Source: an uncultured Bacilli bacterium (GTDB lineage: Bacteria; Bacillota_I; Bacilli_A; RF39; UBA660). Taken from it: 47,072 nucleotides of DNA. The stretch covers positions 1 to 47,072 of the forward strand of contig CAJFEV010000002.1 in NCBI GenBank assembly GCA_904374795.1, in the 5' to 3' direction. Every line of letters begins with the position of its first letter. Positions within the stretch are counted from its first letter, which is position 1. Position numbers and translations under genes: made by a program. The notes beneath the pieces were generated by a model. The model did no database searches and had not been told where the DNA came from. It saw only the letters and a list, made by a program, of their open reading frames with translations. Shown here piece after piece: positions 1-12,000 of the stretch.

Positions 1-114
1 AAGTGGTGAGTAATATATGAGTCTATTATTAATATAAATAGATTCGGATTTCCGAATTTAAATTTTATATGATTTCGGATTTCTACTTTTTAATTAACAT
101 AAAGATTTTTTTGA

Positions 115-143
115 TTTACTTCATCTTTTTTCTTTTGTATAAT
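115..143 (+). promoter_or_regulatory. sigmaA-type promoter of lepA operon
   Basis: TTTACT (115-120), 17-bp spacer, TATAAT (138-143); AGGTGA RBS at 151-156. Confidence 0.6.
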
Positions 144-161
144 AAGTAATAGGTGAAGTTT

Positions 162-1973
162 ATGGCAAGACAGTTTAAACAAGAAAATATTCGAAACTTT
201 TCCATTATTGCGCATATTGATCACGGCAAGAGCACTTTGGCTGATCGGATTTTGGAACTTACAGGTGCGATTAGTAAACGAGAAATGGTTAACCAAGTTT
301 TAGATAGTATGGATTTGGAAAGAGAAAGAGGTATTACAATTAAATTGAATGCAGTTTCCTTGCGCTATACGTATCATAATGAAGAATACATTTTGAATTT
401 GATTGATACTCCTGGTCATGTTGATTTTTCTTATGAGGTAAGTCGAAGTTTAGCTGCTTGCGAAGGAGCTATTTTAGTGGTAGACGCGTCTCAAGGAATT
501 GAAGCTCAGACTCTTGCTAATTTATATTTAGCCATGAATGCGGATTTAACAATTCTTCCTGTTATTAATAAAATTGATTTACCAAACGCGAATGTGTCTA
601 AGGTAAAGGATGAGCTAAAAAAGGTTTTAGGTTTTAAAGATGAAGAGATTTTGCTTTGTAGTGGGAAAACTGGTGAAGGGGTTCAAACTTTGATTGAAAC
701 GATTATTGAAAGAATTCCTCCTCCTCAAATTCATAATGACCTACCTTTACGAGCTTTAATTTTTGATTCTTATTTTGATCCTTATAAAGGTGTTGTTGCT
801 TTAATTAAGATTGAAGAGGGAGTTTTAAAGAATAAAGATGAGATACTTTTTATGGCAACAAATGTTTCTTATGAAGTTACAGAAATTGGTGTTCGTACAC
901 CAAAAGAACATCCTTTAGAAGAATTAAAATGCGGGGATGTTGGTTATGTTGTTGCGGCTATTAAGGATATTTCTTCTGTTCATGTTGGGGATACAATTAC
1001 GTTAAAGAAAAATCCTGCTAAGGAAGCGATTCACGGCTATAAACCAATGAAACCGATGGTGTATTCCGGAATATTTCCTGTAGAGCCAAATCGATATGAG
1101 GCTTTAAAAGAGGCTTTTCTTAAGTTGAAATTAAATGATGCAGCTTTAACGATTGAACCGGAAACGAGTGATGCTTTAGGATTTGGATTTCGAGTGGGTT
1201 TTCTAGGGCTTTTACATATGGATATTATTACAACACGTATTGAACGAGAGTTTGCTATTTCTGTAATTGCTACTAGTCCTAGCGTAGTGTATCATGTGAC
1301 TTTGACAAATGGAGAAAGCATTATGGTTGATAGTCCAAATAAGATGCCTGATGCGGTCAAAATTAAACAAATAGAAGAGCCTTTTATTTATACGAATATT
1401 ATTGTGCCAAGTGAGTATATTGGGCCTATTATGGAACTTTGCCAAAATAAACGAGGAATATATAAATCTTTGGAATATATAGATGAAACAAGGGTAAATA
1501 TTCATTATGAGATTCCTTTATCAGAAGTTGTTTACGATTTTTTTGATAAACTAAAAAGTTATTCAAAGGGATATGCTTCTTTTGATTATGAAATTTGTGG
1601 ATACCGAGTAAGTGATTTGGTTAAAATGAATATCTTATTAAATGGTGAAGTTGTTGATGCCCTATCTATAATTGTTCATAAGGATTTTGCTTATCAAAGA
1701 GGAAGAGCAATTGTAAACAAATTAAAAGAGGTTATTCCAAGACAATTGTTTCAAATACCCATTCAAGCAAGTATTGGTTCAAAGGTTATTGCTAGAGAAA
1801 ATATTTCGGCAATGAAGAAAAATGTTTTAGCTAAGTGCTACGGTGGGGATATTACTAGAAAAAGGAAATTATTAGAGAAGCAAAAAGAAGGAAAGAAAAG
1901 AATGAAGATGGTAGGAAGTGTTGAAGTGCCAAGTGAAGCCTTTCTATCAATATTGAGTGGAGATGATAAATAA
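162..1973 (+). CDS. lepA: Translation elongation factor 4 (LepA GTPase)
   Basis: [32 protein letters not shown] and C-terminal [25 protein letters not shown]; ATG at 162 follows the RBS (track start 153 is GTG inside the RBS). Confidence 0.98.
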   Translation: MARQFKQENIRNFSIIAHIDHGKSTLADRILELTGAISKREMVNQVLDSMDLERERGITIKLNAVSLRYTYHNEEYILNLIDTPGHVDFSYEVSRSLAACEGAILVVDASQGIEAQTLANLYLAMNADLTILPVINKIDLPNANVSKVKDELKKVLGFKDEEILLCSGKTGEGVQTLIETIIERIPPPQIHNDLPLRALIFDSYFDPYKGVVALIKIEEGVLKNKDEILFMATNVSYEVTEIGVRTPKEHPLEELKCGDVGYVVAAIKDISSVHVGDTITLKKNPAKEAIHGYKPMKPMVYSGIFPVEPNRYEALKEAFLKLKLNDAALTIEPETSDALGFGFRVGFLGLLHMDIITTRIEREFAISVIATSPSVVYHVTLTNGESIMVDSPNKMPDAVKIKQIEEPFIYTNIIVPSEYIGPIMELCQNKRGIYKSLEYIDETRVNIHYEIPLSEVVYDFFDKLKSYSKGYASFDYEICGYRVSDLVKMNILLNGEVVDALSIIVHKDFAYQRGRAIVNKLKEVIPRQLFQIPIQASIGSKVIARENISAMKKNVLAKCYGGDITRKRKLLEKQKEGKKRMKMVGSVEVPSEAFLSILSGDDK

Positions 1974-3292
1974 TGCGAACTATAAGACAAAAAGTATATG
2001 ATTTAGCTTCTAATGAGAGAAAAACGGATCAAGAAATTGCGGACATGTTGTTTTTGGAAAGAAAGACTGTAAATAACTGGATAAATGATTTAAGAGAGCC
2101 TTCATCAGAGTTTTACAATTTAGCTTTATATAATCAAATTCTTTTTGAAAGAAATTATTTAAAAGGTTTTGTGGATAAAGATTTACTGGGAGATATTGTC
2201 AAACTTTCTTTTCAAGGGCTAACATTTATTGAAATTGCTGCTTTACTTGGGACAACAGAAGGGGATATTTTGAAGATGCTAGATTCTTATAATAATAAGA
2301 ACCGTTCTGTTTATAATCCGGAACTTTATCAGCAATTGCTTGTTAATAATAGTAAAAATATGGCGAGTAATGAAAGGGAATTATTTAAAAAGTTTAATGA
2401 TTTAGTAAATAATGGAGTAAAGCTTAATCAGGTTTCTAATTCAACTATTGTTAAAAAATTTTATAGATATCAAAATGCGAGAAGGGTTATTGAAACTTTG
2501 CTGGAATCAAATTTTACAGCTACAGATCAACATATCGCAAAAGTTTGTGGTGTGACTACTTCATTTGTTGGTGAAATTTTAACAGGAAAAGATAATGAAA
2601 AATTAGGGCAAAAGTTTTTTGGGGAAGAAATGATGCAATTTATAAAGAAAAAGCGTTTGGAAAGAGCTGAGAATAATCGCCATCATTTAAATTTGGGTTC
2701 AAATGATTCTTTAAGTCATGAAGCTCAAGTTAAATTAAGTGTTATTGTTCAAAATATTACTTTTTGGCTTCGCATTATTTTTTCTTTCCGGTTAACCTTA
2801 GAGGAATTTGGAGAAGTCGTGCAATTTCACAATTTGCAAGCATTAAGTAAAGCTATTTATAGTGCTGCAGAGTGTCAAAGTATTTATTATCAAAATGCTT
2901 TAAATTATTTGTTTAGTACTGCGGTAAATTCTCATGAGAATCAACGTGTGGAGACTGTAAAAGCTTTTCTTTTAAAACTTCATCTTGCAAGGAGTTCTAA
3001 TCTTGTTGAGTATAAAAAGCTGCTTGAACAAATCAATGATCAAGACTATAAAAATTTAGTAAAAAAATACACGAGTGGTACAAAAACGCTTTTAACTGAT
3101 GAAGATATTCAAGTGATTTTAAATTATCGATTAAAATATGCTCTTCCAATTCACGTTATACCTTTTAATAGAGAAGTATTGCATCGAAGATGTCCAGAAT
3201 CTTTAAGGGAGCAACTTGCTGAATTGGATAAATTCAATGTTGAACGTTCAAGATTTTATTATGCTAATAAAAATGATGGGTTAAAGAAATGA
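1973..3292 (+). CDS. Hypothetical protein with several helix-turn-helix-like segments
   Basis: 439-aa ORF overlapping the lepA stop (TAATG) and hemW start (ATGA); HTH-like strings TDQEIADMLFLERKTV, TFIEIAALLGTTEGDI, TDQHIAKVCGVTTSFV. Confidence 0.7.
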   Translation: MRTIRQKVYDLASNERKTDQEIADMLFLERKTVNNWINDLREPSSEFYNLALYNQILFERNYLKGFVDKDLLGDIVKLSFQGLTFIEIAALLGTTEGDILKMLDSYNNKNRSVYNPELYQQLLVNNSKNMASNERELFKKFNDLVNNGVKLNQVSNSTIVKKFYRYQNARRVIETLLESNFTATDQHIAKVCGVTTSFVGEILTGKDNEKLGQKFFGEEMMQFIKKKRLERAENNRHHLNLGSNDSLSHEAQVKLSVIVQNITFWLRIIFSFRLTLEEFGEVVQFHNLQALSKAIYSAAECQSIYYQNALNYLFSTAVNSHENQRVETVKAFLLKLHLARSSNLVEYKKLLEQINDQDYKNLVKKYTSGTKTLLTDEDIQVILNYRLKYALPIHVIPFNREVLHRRCPESLREQLAELDKFNVERSRFYYANKNDGLKK

Positions 3293-4371
3293 TATCTGTA
3301 TATATTCATATTCCTTTTTGCAAGTCTATTTGCTCTTATTGCGATTTTTGTAAAGTTTTTTATTATCAAAAATGGTCACATCAATATTTACTGAAATTAA
3401 AAGATGAAATTTTGGATTTATATGATGGAGAAGAAGTTAAAAGCATTTACATTGGTGGAGGTACACCTTCTGTTCTTTCTAATAACGAACTTGAATTTTT
3501 GATGAATATTCTAAAAGTTTTTAAACGAACAATAACTTGTGAATTTACTTTTGAATGTAATTTAGAAGACATTTCCAAGGAATTGTTGACTATTTTAAAG
3601 CAAAATAAGGTTACTCGTTTAAGTATTGGAATTCAAAGTTTTCAGAAAGAAAATTTAAAATTATTAGGTAGAAATCATAGTTTTAAAGACGCAGAAGAAA
3701 AAATGGCCTTAATACGGGAATTTGGGTTTAAAAATGTAAACTTAGATCTTATTTATGCTATTCCGGGCGAGACAATGAAAATGTTAAAAGAAGATATTAA
3801 ATGTTTTTTAAAATTAAAGCCTGATCATATTAGTACATATAGTTTAATGATTGAACCTAACACACTCTTATGGATTAATGGAGTCCGGCCAATCAAAGAA
3901 GAATTGGACGAGGAAATGTATCATTATCTTTGTAAAACTTTAGAAAAAAAAGGATATATACATTATGAAATTAGTAATTTTGCTAAAGAAGGCTGTGAAT
4001 CTATTCATAATTTGACTTATTGGAATAATGAAGAATATTATGGCTTTGGTTTGTCTGCTTCAGGTTATATTGATCAAATTCGTTATACAAATACGAAAAA
4101 TTTATCTAAGTATCTACAAGGCGAATATAAAGGTACGGAAGAAATACTATCTAAAAAAGATATTATGGATAATGAGATGATGCTGGGTTTAAGAAAAATT
4201 AAAGGAATTTGTAAAGAGGAATTTGAAGAAAAATATCAAGTAAAAATGGAGGATGTTTATCCAATTAAGCCTTTATTGAAAAATGGAGATTTAGAAGAAA
4301 AGAAAGGCTATATATTTATTCCTTATGATAAACTTTATGTTATGAATGAAATTCTTTTAAAAATGATGTAA
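3289..4371 (+). CDS. hemW: Radical SAM heme chaperone HemW (HemN-like)
   Basis: YIHIPFCKSICSYCDF (CxxxCxxC), GGGTPS, HYEISNFA, HNLTYW; canonical position after lepA. Confidence 0.93.
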   Translation: MISVYIHIPFCKSICSYCDFCKVFYYQKWSHQYLLKLKDEILDLYDGEEVKSIYIGGGTPSVLSNNELEFLMNILKVFKRTITCEFTFECNLEDISKELLTILKQNKVTRLSIGIQSFQKENLKLLGRNHSFKDAEEKMALIREFGFKNVNLDLIYAIPGETMKMLKEDIKCFLKLKPDHISTYSLMIEPNTLLWINGVRPIKEELDEEMYHYLCKTLEKKGYIHYEISNFAKEGCESIHNLTYWNNEEYYGFGLSASGYIDQIRYTNTKNLSKYLQGEYKGTEEILSKKDIMDNEMMLGLRKIKGICKEEFEEKYQVKMEDVYPIKPLLKNGDLEEKKGYIFIPYDKLYVMNEILLKMM

Positions 4372-4376
4372 ATAAA

Positions 4377-4405
4377 GAATATTTTTTCTCACTTTTGCCA
4401 AACTA
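4377..4405 (+). promoter_or_regulatory. Candidate forespore (sigmaG/sigmaF-type) promoter
   Basis: GAATA-N17-CAAACTA, close to Bacillus sigmaG consensus GHATR-N17/18-CAWAHTA. Confidence 0.35.
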
Positions 4406-4423
4406 ATTTATAAGGTGATTCTA

Positions 4424-4906
4424 GTGAAAAAAATATTCTTTTTTCTTTTGTCTTTTTTCAGTTTTATTCCATTTGTTTTTGCAGATTCTATTAAAAACTT
4501 AGAAGTTATGAATGGTACTCTTTCTAGAGAATTTGAATCAACAAATAATGTTTATTCAGTTATTTTAGATGATTCCGAAGATTCTCTTAAAGTTACTTAT
4601 GAGTTAAACGACCCAGAGGCTAAAGTTGTTTTTCATAATAATGAGTATGTAGATGGTGGTGAGAATAAGATGGAGCTTGAAGTAGAAAATACAGATGGTA
4701 CAAAGGAAATCTATACTTTTTATTTAGAGAAAGAGGAAACAACTCCTGTATTTAATGAAGCAATTTTAACAAATAACATGAGTGAACAAAAAGAAATTCC
4801 ATTTTTATCTTGGTATGTAGGAATTGCTTGCTTTATGATTATCGCTTTATTGTTTAAGGTTATTGTATTGGGATTTAAAAAAAATAAGAAATGTGCAAAA
4901 AAGTAG
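4424..4906 (+). CDS. Exported, membrane-anchored protein with cadherin-like beta-sandwich domain
   Basis: Signal peptide (KKIFFFLLSFFSFIPFVFA-D), LEVMNGTLSREFESTNNVYSV...VENTDGTKEIYT pattern, C-terminal TM helix plus basic tail; GTG at 4424 after AAGGTGA. Confidence 0.7.
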   Translation: MKKIFFFLLSFFSFIPFVFADSIKNLEVMNGTLSREFESTNNVYSVILDDSEDSLKVTYELNDPEAKVVFHNNEYVDGGENKMELEVENTDGTKEIYTFYLEKEETTPVFNEAILTNNMSEQKEIPFLSWYVGIACFMIIALLFKVIVLGFKKNKKCAKK

Positions 4907-4923
4907 CACATTTTTTTTATTTT
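4880..4923 (+). terminator. Intrinsic terminator
   Basis: AAATGTGC-loop-GCACATTT stem followed by a T-run. Confidence 0.6.
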
Positions 4924-4924
4924 C

Positions 4925-4953
4925 GCATATTTATACAGTGAGAGGCATATAAT
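4925..4953 (+). promoter_or_regulatory. Candidate mother-cell (sigmaE-type) promoter of the Gp10-like/RHS operon
   Basis: GCATATT-N14-CATATAAT; same geometry as the motif upstream of the spoIIM-like gene. Confidence 0.45.
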
Positions 4954-5001
4954 GCTTTTTTATATGGCTTTTAAAATCTCACATTTAGAAAGGAAGTAAT
5001 T

Positions 5002-6087
5002 ATGAATTTAGATGAGATGAAAAAAAACAGTGTAAATAGTGTGGAATTAGTTGATTCTTTACATGCTCCGTTATTGGAGTTTAAAGTAGCTCTAACTACA
5101 TCTAGCACAATACCTACAGAAAGTGATTTAAAGATTTTTGTTGATGATCATGAAACGGATGAAACAAATCGTAAAACTATTATTTATACACTTTCTAAAC
5201 CATTACAGTATGTAAATGGAGTGACAGATAAGTTTATTTTAGAACCGGTTTTTAAAGGAAATATGGTTCAAATGAAAGCTTATGTAGAACGGAATATTAA
5301 TCAAAATTTAGAAGGAGGTCTTGAAGTTTTAGAAATGCCGATTATTGAAGAACTTACATATCAGCCTATTCTTATGTTTTCTTCTTATAACAGGATTTCT
5401 ACCAATTATGAAAATGCAGAGTTAAGTTTACTTTATCCTAAAAATACCGATTTTGTGAAGTATTTTTTAATAAGTAGTTTTTCTTATAGTTTGAATAATG
5501 AAGATAAGTTTTTAACTTTAGATGATATTTATTTTAAAAATTGCTTTACAGAAACAGAAGAAGGGAAAATTAATGCAGAATTTAATAAGTTAACAATTAA
5601 ATGTTTAAATTCTTCAAATAATAATTTTAGTCTAGATTGTGACGGGAATTTGGTAGTGAATAGTATAACTACAAAAGTTCAAGATGAATCTTCTTCAAAT
5701 ATTGATTTCGATCAAATTTATCCTGTCGGTTCAATTTATTTAAGTGTCAGTGCTACTAATCCTGGTATTTTGTTTGGGGGTTCTTGGGAAGCATTTGCAG
5801 CTGGGAAAACCCTAGTTGGAATTGATGCAAATCAAGAAGAATTTAACACGGTAAATAAAATAGGCGGAGAGAAAAAACATACTTTAACGATTGATGAGAT
5901 GCCTAGTCATGATCATAAGCGTCCAAATTCTATTCTTTATAACGGAAATTCATCATGGTGGATAGGTGGCGCTGGTGGTACAACGATTGAGGTCGTTGAA
6001 ACTCCAACAAGTACTTCTGGTGGTAATCAAGCACATAATAACTTGCAACCTTATATAACTATTTATATGTGGAAGAGAGTTGCATAG
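5002..6087 (+). CDS. Protein with C-terminal phage baseplate Gp10-like / tail-collar-type domain
   Basis: C-terminus IYPVGSIYLSVSATNPGILFGGSWEAFAAGKTLVG...GGEKKHTLTIDEMPSHDH...GGNQAHNNLQPYITIYMWKRVA is the typical phage baseplate/tail-fibre tip signature; no signal peptide. Confidence 0.8.
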   Translation: MNLDEMKKNSVNSVELVDSLHAPLLEFKVALTTSSTIPTESDLKIFVDDHETDETNRKTIIYTLSKPLQYVNGVTDKFILEPVFKGNMVQMKAYVERNINQNLEGGLEVLEMPIIEELTYQPILMFSSYNRISTNYENAELSLLYPKNTDFVKYFLISSFSYSLNNEDKFLTLDDIYFKNCFTETEEGKINAEFNKLTIKCLNSSNNNFSLDCDGNLVVNSITTKVQDESSSNIDFDQIYPVGSIYLSVSATNPGILFGGSWEAFAAGKTLVGIDANQEEFNTVNKIGGEKKHTLTIDEMPSHDHKRPNSILYNGNSSWWIGGAGGTTIEVVETPTSTSGGNQAHNNLQPYITIYMWKRVA

Positions 6088-6097
6088 GAGGTTTTGT

Positions 6098-9000
6098 ATG
6101 AAAGAATTAAAAAATTTGAGAAAACCTCGTGAAAAACATTTTTTAAATGAAAACGGACTTATTACTGCGTATATGTATAATGAAGATGTTCATTATTTAA
6201 AAAATCAAGAATATCATGAAATTGATAATTCTTTAATTGAAAAAGAAAACTATTTTCAAAATAAAGAAAATAGTTTTCAAGCACATTTTTTTAAAAATAG
6301 TGAAAATAAAATTTTTGAAATAATAAAAGATGAAAATTTTCTTTCTTTTTCTTTAAATAATTCAAATCATTCTATTATCACTACTAATAAATATGCTATA
6401 ACCTATCAAAATATTTTAAAAAATATAGATATAACCTATCAGTTTATTCATAATAAAATTAAAGATACCATTCTTTTAAAAGACAAAGATAATGATTTTC
6501 AAAAATTAAAGTTTATTATTAGAACAAATTTAGAATTGAAAATGGAAAATAATGAAATTTTTCTTTTTGAACAAGGTAAATTTATTTATAAAATTGAAGC
6601 ACCTATTTTATTAGATAAAAATAAAAATTCATATCCAGTTCATTATGTTTTAGTGAAAAATGAACAGGAATATCTTCTTTCATTTCATGTAGACGAGTCT
6701 TTGCTGCAGGAAAGTGAACTATATCCATTTATTCTTGATCCTACAATTGTGAATGACGATAAGAAAAATGTCTATGATACCTATATTTATCCGGGAGATG
6801 AAAACGCTGATCGAAACAATCAAGAATTCTTAAAAGTTGGTGTAGATAAAAACAATGTTACTTATCGAACTTTATTAAAATTTGATTTACCAACCATTGG
6901 AACCGGATGCGATGTACTGAAAGCAACAGCTGTATTAATAAGTCATCCAAGTGAATTTGTAAAAGATGAGGAAGCTTATTCTCATAAAACTTTTGAAGCC
7001 TATCAAGTCATATCATCTTGGAGTGAGGAAACTGCTAATTGGAATACTATGCATGGTAAGTATAATTCGCATATAGATGATTATTTTTGGGCTTTTAAAA
7101 CAGAATATAATAAAGATGAAAATACTTTTTATTTAAAAGATACAACTATGGATATTACAAATGTTGCAAAAAAGTGGTATGCCGGAGAAGAAAATAATGG
7201 TGTATTGTTAAAACTTGAAGATGAAGTATATGGAGAGGAAAGCATGTATGCTTTTTACTCTAAAAATAATACTGTTTCAGATGAAATGGAGAATATAGAT
7301 GATCCAAAGCCTTATCTTTTAGTTACATATCGTAATCTTAATGGTTTGGAAGATTATATGACATATCAAAATATTCCTTTTCAAGAAGGAACTGGATATG
7401 TAAATAATTTAACTGGAAATTTAACAACAGTTTTTAGAGTTAATGGAACTATTGGAGGAAAATTCCCAATTGAATTAAGTTTGATTTATAATGCAAACGA
7501 TGTTGTGTTAAACAACAATATTGGACTTGGAAAAGGATATCGTTGGAATTTTCAGCAAACTTTAGAAGAAGTTGAAATTTCTGGAGTATCTTATTTAGAA
7601 TATATAGATTCTGATGGTACAATTCATTATTTTTCTAAAATAGATGAAACAACCTATCAAGATGAAGATGGTTTAAATTTTACCATTACTTTGGATAGCG
7701 AGAAATATGTATTAAAAGACAAAGAAAATCACCAAAAGATTTTTGAAAAAAGTGGAAATTTATACTATTTAAAGAAAATTGTTGATACCTATCAAAATGA
7801 AGTAGTTATTTCTTATGATGAAAATCATCGGATTAATGAAGTGAAAGATGCGAATAACGAAAGTATTTATATTACCTATGAAGAGAATAAGATTACTACA
7901 ACAAGTTCATATGAAACGAGTATTTTAAATATCCAAAATGAAAAAATTATAAATCTTGTAACAAAATTCGGAACAACCAGCTTTACTTACGATTCTAAAG
8001 ATTTACTTTCCAAAATCACGGATATAAATTTATTAGAAACAGACTTTGTCTATTATGAAACAAGTCCTTATCGTATGAAAAAAATCATTGAAAAGGGGAC
8101 AGATGGAACTACTGGAAACACGTTAGAATTTTTGTATTCTTTTTTGACAACAAAAACGGTTAATCAAAAAGGACAAGTAAAAAATTATTTGTTTAACTCT
8201 CAAGGAAATACGATTAATGTTACCAGTTTAAAAGATGATTTAGATTTTAAAAATGGGTATGGAACAGAAGATGTTTATGATGCAAATGACAATACTAAAA
8301 ATAAATTGTCTTTACGTATTCCTATTATGAAATATGTAAAAAATTTATTTTTAGATCCAAGCTTTGAAAAAAGAAATGAAGGATTCATTTATGATATAGC
8401 AACAATAGATACTCTAAATGCACGAAGTGGGGAAAAATGTGTTCGAACAAATTATGAAACAGATATTCCTTTGCCTAGTGTTTTAGAATCAGGTTATTAC
8501 ACTTTCAGCGGTTATTTTAAACATACAAGTGGTATGGAACTAACAATTCGAACTTCAAACACAAGTGTTTCTGAAACAAAATATTACACATTTACGGATG
8601 AATATAAACGATATTTTTTAACAGCTTATTTAGAAGCAAATACTTCTTATCATGTTACCGTCTTTCCAATGAATAATTCGACGGTTTATATGGATGATTT
8701 TCAGTTTGAAAGTGGGGAAGTAGTAAATTATCTTAATTTGATTGAAAATCCAGATTTTAGTGATGGAATGGCTGGATGGACAAATTCAGTTTACACGTTA
8801 AATGGAGAGACTACTACGAATGACGATGAAATTATTACTTTAGAAAATGGCCAAACGGTTTACCAGATGAATTGTAAGTCTACCCTTAGTAAAACATTAA
8901 CTAAACAGTTGCAACTCACAGGAAAAAAAGGAGATACGTATAGACTTTCGTTTTGGTATAAAAACGAAGGATTAAAAGATGGTTCGATTGCTGTAGGAAA

Positions 9001-12000
9001 TATTGCATTTTTACTTTTTGGTTATACCTCTGAAGTTCCTCATGGAGTGCCTACGTATAGTTTAAATCCACATGCAACAGAGTGGCAATATTTTGAAAAA
9101 ATTATCATTGCAGAAGAAGATTATACAAGTATTACATTAAATATTATGGCTCAGTTTAATGTAAACAAACTTTATTTTACTAATCTTTACTTAGTAAAAG
9201 ATTTTAGTGGTACTTCTTTTGAGTATGATGAGGAGGGAAACTTAATTTCTTCAACTGATCTTGCCAATTCTACTTCAACATTTCAGTATGACGCGAACAA
9301 TCAATTAGTTAGTAATTTTGCTCCGAAAGGGAATAATTTTCATTTTGAATATGATAATCAAGACTCTCAAAAACTATTACAAGGAGTTTCGACTAAAGGA
9401 ATTGCTAATCAGTTAAAATATGATACTAATCAAAATCCAATTCAAACAATTATTAAAAGTGTAAATTCATCTTTATCTTTAACTGAAGAATACTTTTATA
9501 TAAGAAAGAAAGCTACGGATAAATATTTATTTGCCGATTTTTATAGTAATAGACCTATATTAAAAGATTTTGAATGCAATTTAAGTCGTTTCCAATTAGA
9601 ATTAGAACATGATGAAACGCAAAATAAAGACTATTATTATATAAAAACAGACTTTATTTCAAAATACTTTGCATATCGTGAAAATATCAGTGAGAAAATT
9701 GCGTTTGTAGATACGAAGGAACAGGCTAGTTTATTTGAATTAATTGCAAATAAAAATGGTAGTTATACTTTACGAATCAAGCGAGTAGTTTCCACTGATC
9801 CTGAAGATATCACGCAAGACTCTTGTATTACTTTTGATGAAGAGGATAATTTAATTATTGAAGTGTATCATATGGATGATCCAAGTCAAGAATTGTTTTT
9901 TGAAAGTGCTGAAACCCCTTTATATGTAGAAACAAAAGCAGAATATGAAGAAACAGGAAAGTTTGTTTCCAAAACTATTGATTCTTTAGAAAAAGTTACT
10001 CTTTACGATATTGATGAACTTACAGGCTTAACAAACAGTATTACTAATCCAAAAGGGCAAACTATATATTATGAGTATAATGATAAAGAACAAGTAACAA
10101 AAATTAAGAAAAAAGAAAAAGAAATTCTTTATGCTTATAATACTCAAAATTTACTTTCAAAAATTACAAGTAATAATAAGGAATATACTTTTGATTATGA
10201 TGGATTTTTAAATAAAAAACAAACAAAAATCAATAATCAAATTCTTTCAACAAATCAATATGAAGAAAATAATGGAAATTTAACAAGTGTCAATTACGGA
10301 AACGGAAATACAATTTCCTATACATATGATGATTTTAATCGTTTAAAAACTCACACTAAAAATGGTAGTGTATATACTTATTATTATGACAATATGAATA
10401 ATTTAAGTAGAATTACTTCTAATGAAGAAACGTATGAATATAGTTATGATTTAGCTGGAAGAATAAGCAGTTATTTATATAATCAAAAAGAGTATTTTTC
10501 AGGACAAACTACTATAGATTACGAATATGATAGTAATGGCAATGTTACCAAAAAACGTTTATCTAATGGGTTAGCTATAGAATATACTTATGATGAAGAT
10601 GACAATATCATTAAAGTGGATGTTAACAATGCAACTTTAAATTATCAACGAGATTATTTAGGAAGATTAGTGGGTAAGAATATTAACAATCAAATTCCAA
10701 TTGAATATACGTATTATACAAATGGAAATAAAACATCTTTTGTTTTAAAAAGCATGAAAATTGAAAATGAATTATACGAATATTTCTATGACGATACATA
10801 TAATTTGAGTAAAATATTTAAAAATCAAAAACTTTATCAAGAATATACTTATGATGATTTTAATGAGTTAATAGAAGAACATCATTATGAAAGAGGAAGA
10901 ACATATCGTTATACATATGATGATTCTGGAAACATTTTATTTAAAAGAGAATACGAGTTAAATACTTTTAACCTTTATCATGAAGATAAGTTTTCTTATG
11001 AAAACGAAAATTGGGAGGATCAATTAACAAAATTTAATGATATAGAAATCACTTATGATGCAATTGGTAATCCGACAAGTATTGGAGATGCAACACTTAC
11101 TTGGGCAAATGGAAGAGAATTGCAAAGTTATCAAAATGGAGATTTACAAGTTTCTTATAAGTATAATAAGGATGGAATTCGAAGAAAAAAAATTATTAAT
11201 AATGTAGAAACAGAATACTTTACAGAAAATAACTCGATATTATTTGAAACCACCAGTGGTGTTATGTTATACTATTTACGAGATGACAACAATAGCCTAC
11301 TAGGATTTATTTATAATGGAACAACCTATTATTATAAGAAAAATCTTCAAGATGATATCGTTGGCATCTATACAAGTAATTATGAGCTCATAGCAACCTA
11401 TGAATATGATGCATGGGGAAAAATACTAAGTATAAAAGATCAAAACAACAACGAAATTATAGATGAAACTCATATTGCTATGATTAATCCATTTAGATAT
11501 AGGTCTTACTACTATGATAAAGAAACAAAACTTTATTATTTGAATAGTAGATACTATAATCCAGAATGGGGAAGATTTATTAATGCAGACGGAATCATTG
11601 GTGTACAAAATACTAAAATAGGATATAATTTATTTTTATATGTTTTAAACAGACCTATTCTTTTAGTTGACAATGGTGGGAATTTTTGGAATCCAATTGA
11701 TGTTGGAAAAAAAATATGGGGTGGAATTATGAAATTTGGCGCATATATTGGAGGAATCATCACAGATGCTAAAATTGCTGGAAAAGGATTCGCAAAGTCA
11801 TTTGATGAGTATTACAAGAAAAAATTAGATTTTGATGATAAAGAAAACCTTAGTAACCAAATAAAACATTCTTCTCAATTTCAAAATGCAGTTAAAAATG
11901 CTATTGTTGAATCAAATGGTGATTATTTTAAGGTAAATTCAACTTTAAATTATACAAATGCCACAGGAGATTTGAAACTTTTTATTGGGGAGGCAAACGT

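Noticed and set aside
41-84. TTCGGATTTC repeated twice, with palindrome TTCGGATTTCCGAA
   Set aside because: Could be an operator or terminator, but lies at the window edge with too little context
5002-6087. Prophage
   Set aside because: No integrase, terminase, capsid, tail tube/sheath or lysis genes nearby
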